Origin: Thermodesulfobacteriota bacterium
Lineage (GTDB): Bacteria; Desulfobacterota; QYQD01
Direction: 5' to 3'
NCBI GenBank assembly: GCA_031082315.1
Contig: JAVHLC010000001.1
Location: forward strand, 221,224-285,223
Length of the DNA: 64,000 nt
Shown: in pieces, positions 54,903-63,994 of the stretch
How the letters are laid out: each line of letters begins with the position of its first letter
Numbering within the stretch: position 1 is the stretch's first letter
Made by a program: the position numbers and the translations under genes
The notes under the pieces: generated by a model
Seen by the model: the letters and a program-made list of their open reading frames with translations, nothing else
What the model was told of the DNA's origin: nothing
Database searches by the model: none

Positions 54903-56077
54903 ATCTCCCTCACTCCGATCATTTCGTAAAGTTGCTTCGGTCTCTTTTTGGCATAAGTAAATGCCTTTGAAACTATCTCTTCAAAATTTTCTACCGTAAC
55001 ATCACGACCACCCAGGCCGGCAATAAAGTTATAGACCTTCGGCCGGCCACGTTCTGCATAGAGGGCGGCCTTGATCTCTTCGGCCACCGGGCCGCAGGCC
55101 CCACCCGGAGATAAAGCCCGATCTACTACGGCCAGTGTCTGGGCGCCGGCGATAGCCTTTTTGAACTCCGGAGCCGGGAAAGGCTTCCAAAGGCGGAAAC
55201 GTACCAGACCTACCTGCATCCCTTTTTCGCGCATCTTATCAATGGCGGTCATGGCGGTCTCGGAGATGCTCCCCATCGTAATGAGAATAACTTCGGCTCC
55301 TTCGGTCTTATATGACTCCACGGGGTTGTAATAACGCCCGAAGAGGTCGCCGAATTCCTTCCAGGCCTTGAGAACGACCCTTTTAGAGTTAATCAGGGCC
55401 TCATTCGTGGCCTTTTTAGCCTCCGTATATATCTCTGGTATCCCTACCAGACCCATAGACACCGGCTTTCTCGGATCCAGGCGCACCTTCGGCTTGTATG
55501 GGGGGAGATACTTATCCACCTCGGCCTTATCCAGTATCTCAATGGGTTCAATGACGTGGCTCAAGGTAAAACCATCCAGGTTGACAATGACCGGCAACAA
55601 GACCTTAGAATCTTCGGCCACCCGGAAGGCATGCAGGACCAGGTCAAAGACCTCCTGCCCGTTCTCCGCAAAGGTCTGTATCCAGGCGATATCCTGCTCG
55701 GCCATGATGTCGCTATGATCATTCCATATACTAATTGGGCCGGAAAGCGCGCGATTGGCTACTACCATGACGATAGGCAGTCTCATGGCAGGGGCGATAA
55801 AGAGAATCTCGTGCATAAGGGCGAGGCCCTGTGAGCTTGTAGCCGTAAAGGTCCGGGCGCCTGCGGCTGAAGAGCCGATACAACAGCTCATAGCGGAATG
55901 CTCGGATTCTACCGGAACAAAAGCGGCGTCCAGTTCCCCATCTGCCACTACCTCCGAGAGGTGTTCAACAATATGTGTCTGTGGAGTGATCGGATAAGCC
56001 GCAATAAGATCGACATCCGCCAATTTGACGGCCTCACTGGCGGCTATGGAAACCTCCATCCCAATGCGTTTTGCCAT
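54899..56077 (-). CDS. porA: 2-oxoacid:ferredoxin oxidoreductase alpha subunit
   Basis: 392 aa. Typical alpha-subunit size and sequence. Overlaps porB by 4 nt. Confidence 0.8.
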   Translation of the reverse strand: MAKRIGMEVSIAASEAVKLADVDLIAAYPITPQTHIVEHLSEVVADGELDAAFVPVESEHSAMSCCIGSSAAGARTFTATSSQGLALMHEILFIAPAMRLPIVMVVANRALSGPISIWNDHSDIMAEQDIAWIQTFAENGQEVFDLVLHAFRVAEDSKVLLPVIVNLDGFTLSHVIEPIEILDKAEVDKYLPPYKPKVRLDPRKPVSMGLVGIPEIYTEAKKATNEALINSKRVVLKAWKEFGDLFGRYYNPVESYKTEGAEVILITMGSISETAMTAIDKMREKGMQVGLVRFRLWKPFPAPEFKKAIAGAQTLAVVDRALSPGGACGPVAEEIKAALYAERGRPKVYNFIAGLGGRDVTVENFEEIVSKAFTYAKKRPKQLYEMIGVREI

Positions 56078-56082
56078 ATTAA

Positions 56083-56376
56083 CTAATCCTCCTCTAAAAC
56101 CATGGTAATGGCGTCTTTAGGACATTCTTTGGCACAGATGCCGCAACCCTTGCAGTAATCCAGATTGACCTTGTAATACCCCTCCTCTGCCGGGACCATA
56201 GCCAGATCAGGGCAATAAACCCAACATAACCCACACTTAATACATTTGTCCCTATCCACAACCGGCCGTTGCGACCGCCAATCTCCTGTTTTGAAGGCGC
56301 GGGAACTGCCCGGCTGCCGTATGACACAGCCCAAATCGAGTTCTTTCCAACCCATTACGGCGTCTATCTTTGCCAT
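56083..56376 (-). CDS. porD: 2-oxoacid:ferredoxin oxidoreductase delta subunit (2x[4Fe-4S] ferredoxin-like)
   Basis: 97 aa with two CxxCxxCxxxCP motifs (CIKCGLCWVYCPD; CKGCGICAKECP). Confidence 0.8.
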   Translation of the reverse strand: MAKIDAVMGWKELDLGCVIRQPGSSRAFKTGDWRSQRPVVDRDKCIKCGLCWVYCPDLAMVPAEEGYYKVNLDYCKGCGICAKECPKDAITMVLEED

Positions 56377-56377
56377 A

Positions 56378-56947
56378 TTACGACTCCCTTATGATAGTTT
56401 CAGTCATGGCCCGGTTGAAGGCTGTCTTGTTCTTCTCCGCAATGCGCCCGAAGCGTTTATCAATGGCCTTTCCTAACGCATCGCTACTTACTATACCGGT
56501 AGATTTAACTAAGGCCCCAAGCATGGTCGTATTGGTTATGGGGACCCCCATGCTCTCCATGGCGATCTTGGTAGCATCCACCGTAGCAATCTTTGCCTTG
56601 ACATTTAATAACCCGGCCATCTCTTCCGGTGTCTTGGAGGTATTTATAATTACCGTCCCTCCGTCTTTCAGTCCGGCAGTCACGTTGATGATTTTAAGAA
56701 TGCTCGGATCGAGGACCATGACTACATTTGGTCCATAAACCTTTTCCCGCGTCCTGATGGGCTTATCGCTTACCCTTATAAAGGCCGCTACAGGCGCCCC
56801 CCGCCGTTCCGGGCCGAAACTCGGAAAGGCCTGCGCATACTTCCCGTCATCAATGGCCGCAATGGCCACCAGTTCGGCTGAAGTAACCGCTCCCTGGCCA
56901 CCCCTGCCATGGATTCTGATCTCGATCATGGTTTGATTCTCCTCCAC
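56378..56947 (-). CDS. porG: 2-oxoacid:ferredoxin oxidoreductase gamma subunit
   Basis: 189 aa. MIEIRIHGRGGQGAVTSAELVA N-terminus characteristic of gamma subunits. Gene order porG-D-A-B. Confidence 0.8.
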   Translation of the reverse strand: MEENQTMIEIRIHGRGGQGAVTSAELVAIAAIDDGKYAQAFPSFGPERRGAPVAAFIRVSDKPIRTREKVYGPNVVMVLDPSILKIINVTAGLKDGGTVIINTSKTPEEMAGLLNVKAKIATVDATKIAMESMGVPITNTTMLGALVKSTGIVSSDALGKAIDKRFGRIAEKNKTAFNRAMTETIIRES

Positions 56948-57077
56948 CCAGTCTGCTTCTTCTGTAAATTGGTAACCGATTTATTGCTAACAGTGAGGCC
57001 TTTGCGTAGCACGCAGCATTTTTTTTGTCAAGTCTTTTGGCTTGTTATTAATTTAACAAAGACTATTGCCTGTAGCT

Positions 57078-57677
57078 TTATGCCCCGGTCCTGGCTTCTA
57101 ACGCCCGCCTGAGGGTCATTTCATCATTATATTTAAGGTCTGTACCCATGGGAACTCCGCAGGCAATACGGGTCACAGTTACATCTTCATTTTGAAGCAA
57201 TCCGGCCAGGTAGGCAGCGGTGGCTTCTCCAGCCACAGTTGGGCTGGTCGCCAAGATTACCTCTTTCACCTGGCCGCTTTTTATACGTAAAAGAAGCTCT
57301 TTTATCTTAAGCTCGTCCGGGCCAATCCCATCCATAGGCGAAAGCACACCATGCAAGACGTGATAACGCCCCTTAAAGCCGCCGGATTTTTCTATAGCCA
57401 TCATATCCCCCGGGTCTTCGACTACGCAAATCGCATCAGTGGTTCGTTTGGGGTCTGCACAGATGGCACAGGGATCAGTTTCCGTAAAACTGAAACAGGT
57501 AGAACAAAACCGTATCTTTTCCTTGACTTCATCAATACTTTGGGCCAGTTCTTTGGCCCTCACATCGGGCCAACGGAGTATAGCCAAGGCAAGACGTGTC
57601 GCCGTCTTTTCTCCAATACCAGGTAAGTTGCCCAGATTTCGGATAAGTCGTAAAAGCGCCGGTGGGAAAACGGACAT
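57078..57677 (-). CDS. recR: recombination protein RecR
   Basis: 199 aa. HhH N-terminus, C4 zinc finger (CSTCFSFTETDPCAICAD) and Toprim domain. Confidence 0.9.
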   Translation of the reverse strand: MSVFPPALLRLIRNLGNLPGIGEKTATRLALAILRWPDVRAKELAQSIDEVKEKIRFCSTCFSFTETDPCAICADPKRTTDAICVVEDPGDMMAIEKSGGFKGRYHVLHGVLSPMDGIGPDELKIKELLLRIKSGQVKEVILATSPTVAGEATAAYLAGLLQNEDVTVTRIACGVPMGTDLKYNDEMTLRRALEARTGA

Positions 57678-57685
57678 GGCTATGA

Positions 57686-58000
57686 TTACAAGAGCCCCGG
57701 GATCTTAAAGCCACCGGCGACCTGGGCCATCTCTTCCTGCATCATCTGCTGAGATTTCTTCAGGGCATCATTTACCGCAGCCAAGATCAGGTCCTGTAAC
57801 ATATCAAGGTCGTTAGGGTCTACGACTTCTCGTTCTATCTTTATAGATACTATTTCCTGCCGGCCATTGGCTACGACCGTTACCATCCCGCCACCCGCAG
57901 AGCTTTCCACGGTCTTGTCGGCCAGTTCCTCCTGTATCTTGGCCATCTTAGCCTGTATTTTTTGTGCCTGTTTAACTAATCCTCCCAGATCTTTCACCAT
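57686..58000 (-). CDS. ybaB: nucleoid-associated protein YbaB/EbfC
   Basis: 104 aa. [37 protein letters not shown]. Confidence 0.85.
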   Translation of the reverse strand: MVKDLGGLVKQAQKIQAKMAKIQEELADKTVESSAGGGMVTVVANGRQEIVSIKIEREVVDPNDLDMLQDLILAAVNDALKKSQQMMQEEMAQVAGGFKIPGLL

Positions 58001-58052
58001 ATACTCCTTATACTCCTTAGAAACGTTTTTACGGGCGTTCGGCTATCAGCAG

Positions 58053-59690
58053 TCAGCGATCGGCTCTTTTTTCTATCTTGATCTCCTCAATATGTCCGCC
58101 TAAGATGCTTAACGCCTCTTGAACCAGGGGATGTTTTACTATCTCCTCCCGGGCGGTGCGTTCCCGGCCGGTCTCCTCTGCTGTTTCACGACCAGGGGTT
58201 GCCACTGATTCTGAAAGTATGTCTATTCTTATGTCTCGCTGGTAATATTCCCGACAAATCTCGCGCAGCCGTGCGTTATAAAAAGGATCTTTTAAGAGAT
58301 CGGAGAGGGAATGATCGGCAAACACAATAACCAGTGTATCATTTTTTACCGTCAACCTCTGACATTGCTGTAGAATCGAGGCCAGAGGGAGGCTCTTGAT
58401 TTTAACGAAACCTAAAAAGTCCTCCGGTCTGCCAGATACAAAGGGGGCTTCTGGTTCTTTCCCTTCGTGCCTGCAGCTATCCAGGCCTGACCCCGGAGGA
58501 TAGGCCGTGGGTTGATCCTGGATGGGTAACGGACCCTCATTCTCTTTAATGCCAGAGGCCAGAATGGAAATCTTTTCCAGTATCTTTTCCACTGGAATAA
58601 CATCCTGTAACAGGCTCGCTCGCATCAGTATCATCTCAAGGGTCAATCTGGGCTGTGAAGATCTTCTCAATTCCTCCCACCCCTGGATCAGCAGCTGGAG
58701 ATACAGGTAAATGGTCTCGGTACTTTTTGCCTGCCCCAGTCTATCCAGTTCTTCTTTTTCATCGTCTGCAACATTTATTAACGGACCTGGTTTCCGGCAG
58801 GTCTTAATAATGACCAGATTTCGAAGGGCCTCTACCAGGTCGGCATAAAACCGCTTTAGGTCCTGACCATGGGTATAAATCTGATCTATCAGGTCGATAC
58901 TTCGCTCAAGGTTATGTTCAAATATGGCCACTATCATCTCTATAACCAGCCTCTGGTCAACAAGGCCAAAGACAGCGGCTATCTCTTCGTCCCCAATTTC
59001 ATCCCCACCATAGGAGATAATCCGATCCAGGAGGCTCAGGGCATCACGCATACTCCCCTCGGCCTCCCGGACAATAAAGCGCAGTCCTCCTGCGCTCAGC
59101 TTTATACCTTCCTGATCGATGATGGCCTTAAGGTGGCCTGTAATCACTGACGCGGGAAGCCGTTTAAAGTCATAGCGCTGGCAGCGCGAAAGGATGGTAA
59201 TGGGAATCTTGTGCGGTTCTGTAGTAGCAAAAATAAAGATGACATGTGCCGGCGGCTCCTCTAAGGTCTTGAGAAGGGCATTAAAGGCTGGTTCGGTGAG
59301 CATGTGCACTTCATCGATAATGTATATCTTATACCGGCATTTGGCGGGAAGGTACCTGGCGTTTTCTCTTAACTCGCGGATCTCGTCAATACCGCGGTTA
59401 GAAGCCCCGTCTATCTCATAGATATCTACAGATGAACTATTTGTGATCTCCCGGCAGACAGGACATTGATTGCAAGGTGTTTCCGTAGGACCGCTTTCGC
59501 ATTCTAAAGCCTTGGCCAGGATGCGCGCCACTGAGGTCTTCCCGACACCACGGGCTCCCGCAAAGAGGTAGGCATGGGCCACCCGTCCCTGCCGGATGGC
59601 ATTTCGCAGGGCCTGGACCACATGACTCTGACCCATGACTTCAGAAAAATTTTGCGGCCGCCACTTTCTGGCCAGGACGAGGTAGGCCAT
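58053..59690 (-). CDS. dnaX: DNA polymerase III subunit gamma/tau
   Basis: AAA+ Walker A GARGVGKTSVARILAKAL, zinc module CNQCPVCREI, SRC motif. Start set at MAYLVLARKWRP, which is preceded by GAGGA. The ORF track's 42-aa N-terminal extension to 59816 runs into the intergenic repeat. Confidence 0.85.
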   Translation of the reverse strand: MAYLVLARKWRPQNFSEVMGQSHVVQALRNAIRQGRVAHAYLFAGARGVGKTSVARILAKALECESGPTETPCNQCPVCREITNSSSVDIYEIDGASNRGIDEIRELRENARYLPAKCRYKIYIIDEVHMLTEPAFNALLKTLEEPPAHVIFIFATTEPHKIPITILSRCQRYDFKRLPASVITGHLKAIIDQEGIKLSAGGLRFIVREAEGSMRDALSLLDRIISYGGDEIGDEEIAAVFGLVDQRLVIEMIVAIFEHNLERSIDLIDQIYTHGQDLKRFYADLVEALRNLVIIKTCRKPGPLINVADDEKEELDRLGQAKSTETIYLYLQLLIQGWEELRRSSQPRLTLEMILMRASLLQDVIPVEKILEKISILASGIKENEGPLPIQDQPTAYPPGSGLDSCRHEGKEPEAPFVSGRPEDFLGFVKIKSLPLASILQQCQRLTVKNDTLVIVFADHSLSDLLKDPFYNARLREICREYYQRDIRIDILSESVATPGRETAEETGRERTAREEIVKHPLVQEALSILGGHIEEIKIEKRADR

Positions 59691-59694
59691 TTTC

Positions 59695-59790
59695 TTTGAT
59701 CCTCGTTTCGTAAGCGCTCCGGTATCAGCGTTCAGACCCTCTGTAGGCAGACTGATTACTGAACGCTGATAGCCAATAGCTAAAATTAAT
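59695..59790. repeat. palindromic repeat unit (TATCAGCGTTCAG - 23 nt - CTGAACGCTGATA) in the dnaX leader
   Basis: Perfect 13-bp inverted repeat seen directly. Same heptamer vocabulary as the other intergenic copies. Confidence 0.5.
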
Positions 59791-59897
59791 GATAGCCAGG
59801 CGCCCCTGCGGCACACGAAAGTTCTTGCTGCCGTTGCTTCCTTCCGGACCTAGCGGGGTTCGCAAGTTTCCGTTGCGCAGGACCCGGCTATCAAATT

Positions 59898-60024
59898 GTT
59901 TAGTGTTCACCCGGAAACTACCGTTTCCGACTTCACGCTTTCAGCCATCAGCTATTAGCTATAAACAAGACAAACGACATCTGAGCTGAAAGCTGATAGC
60001 TGACCGCTGATTGCTATTTAAAAC
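59898..60024. repeat. composite intergenic repeat copy A (hairpin CGGAAACTACCGTTTCCG + CTTCACGCTTTCAGCC + GCTGANN heptamer array), abutting tRNA-Ser(GGA)
   Basis: About 95% identical to 60129..60262 over about 125 nt. Confidence 0.7.
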
Positions 60025-60117
60025 TGGCGGAGAGAGTGGGATTTGAACCCACGGTCCCGCTTTTGGCGGAACACACGATTTCCAGTCGTGCTCCTTCGGC
60101 CGCTCGGACATCTCTCC
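60025..60117 (-). tRNA. tRNA-Ser (anticodon GGA), 93 nt including the encoded CCA
   Basis: Minus-strand sequence GGAGAGATGTCCGAGCGG...CACGA-CTGGAAA-TCGTG...long variable arm...GTGGGTTCAAATCCCAC-TCTCTCC-GCCA. The 7-bp acceptor stem and 5-bp anticodon stem were checked by eye. Confidence 0.8.
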
Positions 60118-60128
60118 GCGGGTTACCT

Positions 60129-60262
60129 AATAAGTGTTCATCAGGAAACTACCGTTTCCGACTTCACGCTTTCAGCCATCAGCTATTAGCTATAAGCAAG
60201 ACAAACGACATCTGAGCTGAAAGCTGATAGCTGATAGCTGACTGCTGATTGCTATTTAAAAC
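60129..60262. repeat. composite intergenic repeat copy B, abutting tRNA-Ser(CGA)
   Basis: AGGAAACTACCGTTTCCGACTTCACGCTTTCAGCCATCAGCTATTAGCTATAAGCAAGACAAACGACATCTGAGCTGAAAGCTGATAGCTGATAGCTGACTGCTGATTGCT. Confidence 0.7.
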
Positions 60263-60356
60263 TGGCGGAGAGGGTGGGATTCGAACCCACGTAGGGGTGA
60301 TTAGCCCCTAAGTCGATTTCGAGTCGACCCCGTTACGGCCACTTCGGTACCTCTCC
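60263..60356 (-). tRNA. tRNA-Ser (anticodon CGA), 94 nt including the encoded CCA
   Basis: Minus-strand GGAGAGGTACCGAAGTGG...GTCGA-CTCGAAA-TCGAC...long variable arm...GTGGGTTCGAATCCCAC-CCTCTCC-GCCA. Confidence 0.8.
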
Positions 60357-60925
60357 CCCGATCGTTTATGCCGGAAAAAGGCCTGCATTATGGACTGGGC
60401 TTCACCAGCCAGAATACCTGAAATGACCTCGATGCGATGGTTTAGCCTGTGGTCTTGAGCCAGATTATACAGCGAACCGAACACCCCTCCCTTAGGATCA
60501 TACGCACCAAAGACCAATTTCTTGACTCGGGCCTGCAAGATAGCGCCGGCACACATCAAACAAGGCTCGATAGTGACGTAAAGAGTTGTTCCCGGTAATC
60601 TGTAGTTAACATGAGTTTTCGCTGCCTGGCGGAGAGCCAGTATCTCCGCATGGGCCGTGGGATCACTCAGTGCGATGACCTGGTTGTAGCCCACCCCTAA
60701 AATCTGGTCATCTTCTCCCACAAGAACCGCCCCCACCGGAACCTCCCCTGTCTTTTGGGCCTGGCTGGCGGCCTCGAGGGCCTTACGCATAAAGCTTTCG
60801 TGATACCCCGGGCTTTCGTCTTCTTTTAACATTTCAAACAGCAATTTTGATTCTATAAAGGCTCTTGCAAAACTCCGTTTTTTGTCATTTCCGCAACGCT
60901 TGAGCGGGAATCTGGTTTTATTCAA
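60308..60925 (-). CDS. tadA: tRNA-specific adenosine deaminase TadA
   Basis: CDA zinc motifs HAEILALRQA and PCLMCAGAI. The true start is probably an internal Met (MLKEDE at 60832 or FMRKAL). The last 49 nt of the ORF, up to its stop, overlap the 5' half of tRNA-Ser(CGA) on the same strand. Confidence 0.8.
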   Translation of the reverse strand: MNKTRFPLKRCGNDKKRSFARAFIESKLLFEMLKEDESPGYHESFMRKALEAASQAQKTGEVPVGAVLVGEDDQILGVGYNQVIALSDPTAHAEILALRQAAKTHVNYRLPGTTLYVTIEPCLMCAGAILQARVKKLVFGAYDPKGGVFGSLYNLAQDHRLNHRIEVISGILAGEAQSIMQAFFRHKRSGERYRSGRNGVDSKST

Positions 60926-61152
60926 GTAAAAACAATATCCCTGATAGAATCATTCGGGGATGACAGACAATTTTGCAAGAGGCTCTGTTAAAGTTAGAAT
61001 CCTTATATTACCGAGTGAGGCCGACTTGTCAAGGTGAATCAGAAAAGCACGCTTATACCTAATCTAGGCGGCAGTATAACTGATTGACTTTGCTTGCGCA
61101 ACTGTGGTAACCATTAACAAATGGGCACATACTCCATTAGCGGGAGGACGCT

Positions 61153-61419
61153 ATGCCTGGATTTTTGGAAGAAAAAGAAAAACTTACTAAGGATCGGGTT
61201 AAAGAAATTATTATAAATAAGGAATACTCATATCTTGAGGAGAAGGTCTCTCTGGAGGGCATAGAAGGCGACAACTTGATATTTAAGATATCCCTCCTGC
61301 TTGACTATAAGAAGCAAATGATATTCATTGAAGAAAAAGATAAGATCGTTATCCCATATAAAGAATTCAAGGTAGAAAACTGGGGGGAAGGCATTCGTAA
61401 GATCGAGGATATTGCCTGA
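61153..61419 (+). CDS. small hypothetical protein (88 aa), AT-rich
   Basis: Strong SD (GGGAGGA) 5 nt upstream of the ATG. Lys/Glu/Ile-rich. No motif. Confidence 0.4.
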   Translation: MPGFLEEKEKLTKDRVKEIIINKEYSYLEEKVSLEGIEGDNLIFKISLLLDYKKQMIFIEEKDKIVIPYKEFKVENWGEGIRKIEDIA

Positions 61420-61424
61420 GGGCC

Positions 61425-62417
61425 TCAGCCCCCAATTTGCGACATCTGACGGCGGCACTGATGTATTAACCGGCCATATCCCGCATGCTCAAGGGGTTTT
61501 TGTTTAACCGCTTTTAGTATTAATCCTGCCAATTCTGCATCCTGCATGCCAGAGCGTAGATATTTTTTTACATCCAGTTCGTCATCTGAAAAAAGGCACA
61601 TCCTCAGTTGTCCATCCGGTGTGATACGCATCCTGTTACAGAAAGCACAAAAACTCTGACTAATAGAGTTTATAAAGCCTATTTCACCTGCCGCCCCGGC
61701 AAACGTGTAAACTACGGCCGGCCCTGCATCCTCTTTATGCCTCAGAGGCAACAGGTCCCCCACTTTCCTTACCCGCTCCATGCACTCAGCCCCGGGCATA
61801 TAGACATCACCACTCCATCGGCTTCCACAGCCAACCGGCATAAACTCTATGAACCGCACCTGCAAGGGATATTTATAGGCCAGACGGGCAAAGGCCTCTA
61901 TTTCGTCATCGTTTATGCCCTTCATAACTACCACATTAAGCTTAACCTCGACATCACCGAATGACAGGGCCTTTTCAATAGCTTCCCAGACCTTATGCCA
62001 GAAAGGGCGGGTGGTTATCACATGATATTTCTGCGCGTCTAAGGTGTCCAGGCTTATGTTTATCCTATTAATACCGGCCGCATACAGTTCATCAATTTTT
62101 TCCCCCAGAAGGGTACCGTTCGTAGTGAGACAGACTGCCCGGAGCCCATCGATGCGCCTGAGTGACCGGATAAATTCGGTAATGCCGCGGCGAACCAAGG
62201 GTTCTCCTCCCGTCAGCCGAACCTTCTTTATGCCCAATGGGATTAAAACCCGCACCAGGCGTAAAAATTCCTCATAGCGCAATATCTCTTCACGGGCAAT
62301 CTTCCGGACACCACCGGGGGGCATGCAGTATTGACAACGCAGGTTGCAATGATCTGTAACCGATAAGCGAAGGTAGGTAATGGTCCGGTTATAATTATCG
62401 ACGAGCATCTCTGTCAA
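61425..62417 (-). CDS. moaA: GTP 3',8-cyclase (molybdenum cofactor biosynthesis protein A)
   Basis: 330 aa. Radical-SAM CNLRCQYCMP motif and C-terminal Cys cluster (CAFCNRMRITPDGQLRMC). Confidence 0.85.
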   Translation of the reverse strand: MTEMLVDNYNRTITYLRLSVTDHCNLRCQYCMPPGGVRKIAREEILRYEEFLRLVRVLIPLGIKKVRLTGGEPLVRRGITEFIRSLRRIDGLRAVCLTTNGTLLGEKIDELYAAGINRINISLDTLDAQKYHVITTRPFWHKVWEAIEKALSFGDVEVKLNVVVMKGINDDEIEAFARLAYKYPLQVRFIEFMPVGCGSRWSGDVYMPGAECMERVRKVGDLLPLRHKEDAGPAVVYTFAGAAGEIGFINSISQSFCAFCNRMRITPDGQLRMCLFSDDELDVKKYLRSGMQDAELAGLILKAVKQKPLEHAGYGRLIHQCRRQMSQIGG

Positions 62418-63994
62418 GACCTGTCCTCTGCGCTGCGCGGCAAGGTGATATAAACACGTACCCCGGCATCTAACCCGCTGGAAATATCCATTTTGCCTTT
62501 GTGCGCCCTGACAATCTGTTCCGCTATATTCAATCCCAGACCAACGCCGTAAGTTTTGGTTGTAAAAAAGGGTTGTCGGGCCCTATCCAGCATCTCTCCG
62601 TGCATGCCCGTTCCAGTATCACTAATCTCAACCTCTATATTCTGGGGGATAACTCGGGTGTTGACCCTGAGCCTGCCACCTGAAGGCATAGCCTCGACAG
62701 AATTTTTGCATATATTAATAATAGCCTGTCTCATCTGATTACCATCAAGCTCTGAATCAGGCATATCCGGGGCAAAAGCTGTTTCCACCTCGATGTGAAA
62801 TTTCTCAAACGAAGGGCTGAGGGCGCCAAGGGAAGAAGACACTATATCGTTCAAATTTTGCCGGCTCAGCGTCAATTGCGGAGATTGAATGAATTTAAAT
62901 ACCTGGGCCAGAATCTCTTCCATTTTCTCCGTCTCTTTCACGATACTATCCAGATGTTTTTGGTGCTTATCCTCCTTCGTATGCCTCTGTATAAACCGGG
63001 CCAGGCCTCCGATCGAGGCCAACGGATTCCTCATCTCATGGGCTATCTGGGCAGCCATCTCGCCTATGGCCGAAAGCCGCTCGGCCCGGATCAACATATC
63101 CCGGCTTTCCTGTAAGTCCTTATTAGCAGTCTCCAGCATAGCCAGTTTGCCAGCCAATTCCGAGTAAAGTCTGCTCTTTTCTATGGCCATACTGGCCTGG
63201 TTGGCAAAGAGTTCAATGGCGGCAATATCCTCTTCCTTGATCGGCTTGCCGGTGATAAAGTTATCGGCAATAATAATGCCCTGTACCCGATACGGGGAAC
63301 AGAGTGGAACAACCGCAAACTCGTCAACACCAAAGAGATTTACAATATCGTCTCTCACCGGCCGGCCGTCAATACGTCTCCCCAGCACATGAAATGCACG
63401 CCGTTCCTGTGCCGCCCGTATAAAAACATGATCCGTGTCCGTGCCGGGCACCATTATCCCGCGGACAATCCGGTTAACCCTTGCGTCCTGAGGCTGACAG
63501 GCCCGACCGCATTTCTCAAGTGCCTCGGCCAGTGTATATTTCGTCTCCTGCAATGCCGACCATATCCTTCCGGCCTCTTCCGGGCTGTCCGGCCCAACGG
63601 CCATTTTCCCCCGCAACACGCCGCCATCATCATCAAATAATGCCAAAAAGGCACGGTTAAACCCTAATCCCACGCCTGCAGTGATACCAACCAGTATGGT
63701 CCTGAAGATGTCTTCCAGTTCGACTGTGCTTAAAAGGTAATAAGCCACCTTTACGGAGAGGTCATGCAATATCTCCAGCCTAAGGTTCTTTTCTTCTATG
63801 CTTCGCTGGTACTCTTTATTTTCAATCTCTAAACGTCTCTTATTAAGGGCCCTCGCTACCACAACATGCAGCTCGTCCACTGTGAACGGCTTGATAATGT
63901 AATCAAAGGCCCCGCTCCGGATGGCAGAGACTGCGGTTCGAATATCCACTACACCGGTCATCATAACTGCACAGATATCTTCATCTCGTTCCAT
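62414..63994 (-). CDS. hybrid sensor histidine kinase (REC-GAF-HisKA-HATPase), 5' end outside the window
   Basis: H-box AAQIAHEMRNPLASIGG, G-boxes ISDTGTGM/GVGLGLNIAEQIV, a GAF-like middle region, and an N-terminal receiver-domain tail (AVSAIRSGAFDYIIKPF). The receiver domain's start lies beyond position 64000. Confidence 0.7.
   Translation of the reverse strand: MERDEDICAVMMTGVVDIRTAVSAIRSGAFDYIIKPFTVDELHVVVARALNKRRLEIENKEYQRSIEEKNLRLEILHDLSVKVAYYLLSTVELEDIFRTILVGITAGVGLGFNRAFLALFDDDGGVLRGKMAVGPDSPEEAGRIWSALQETKYTLAEALEKCGRACQPQDARVNRIVRGIMVPGTDTDHVFIRAAQERRAFHVLGRRIDGRPVRDDIVNLFGVDEFAVVPLCSPYRVQGIIIADNFITGKPIKEEDIAAIELFANQASMAIEKSRLYSELAGKLAMLETANKDLQESRDMLIRAERLSAIGEMAAQIAHEMRNPLASIGGLARFIQRHTKEDKHQKHLDSIVKETEKMEEILAQVFKFIQSPQLTLSRQNLNDIVSSSLGALSPSFEKFHIEVETAFAPDMPDSELDGNQMRQAIINICKNSVEAMPSGGRLRVNTRVIPQNIEVEISDTGTGMHGEMLDRARQPFFTTKTYGVGLGLNIAEQIVRAHKGKMDISSGLDAGVRVYITLPRSAEDRS

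Noticed and set aside
59691-59816. 42-aa N-terminal extension of DnaX given by the ORF track
   Set aside because: The extension is hydrophobic and low-complexity, overlaps the palindromic intergenic repeat, and the internal Met has a GAGGA RBS and matches the canonical DnaX N-terminus.
39424-60262. Heptamer repeat arrays as CRISPR arrays
   Set aside because: Units are 7 nt with no spacers of 25-40 nt and no cas genes, so this is not CRISPR architecture.
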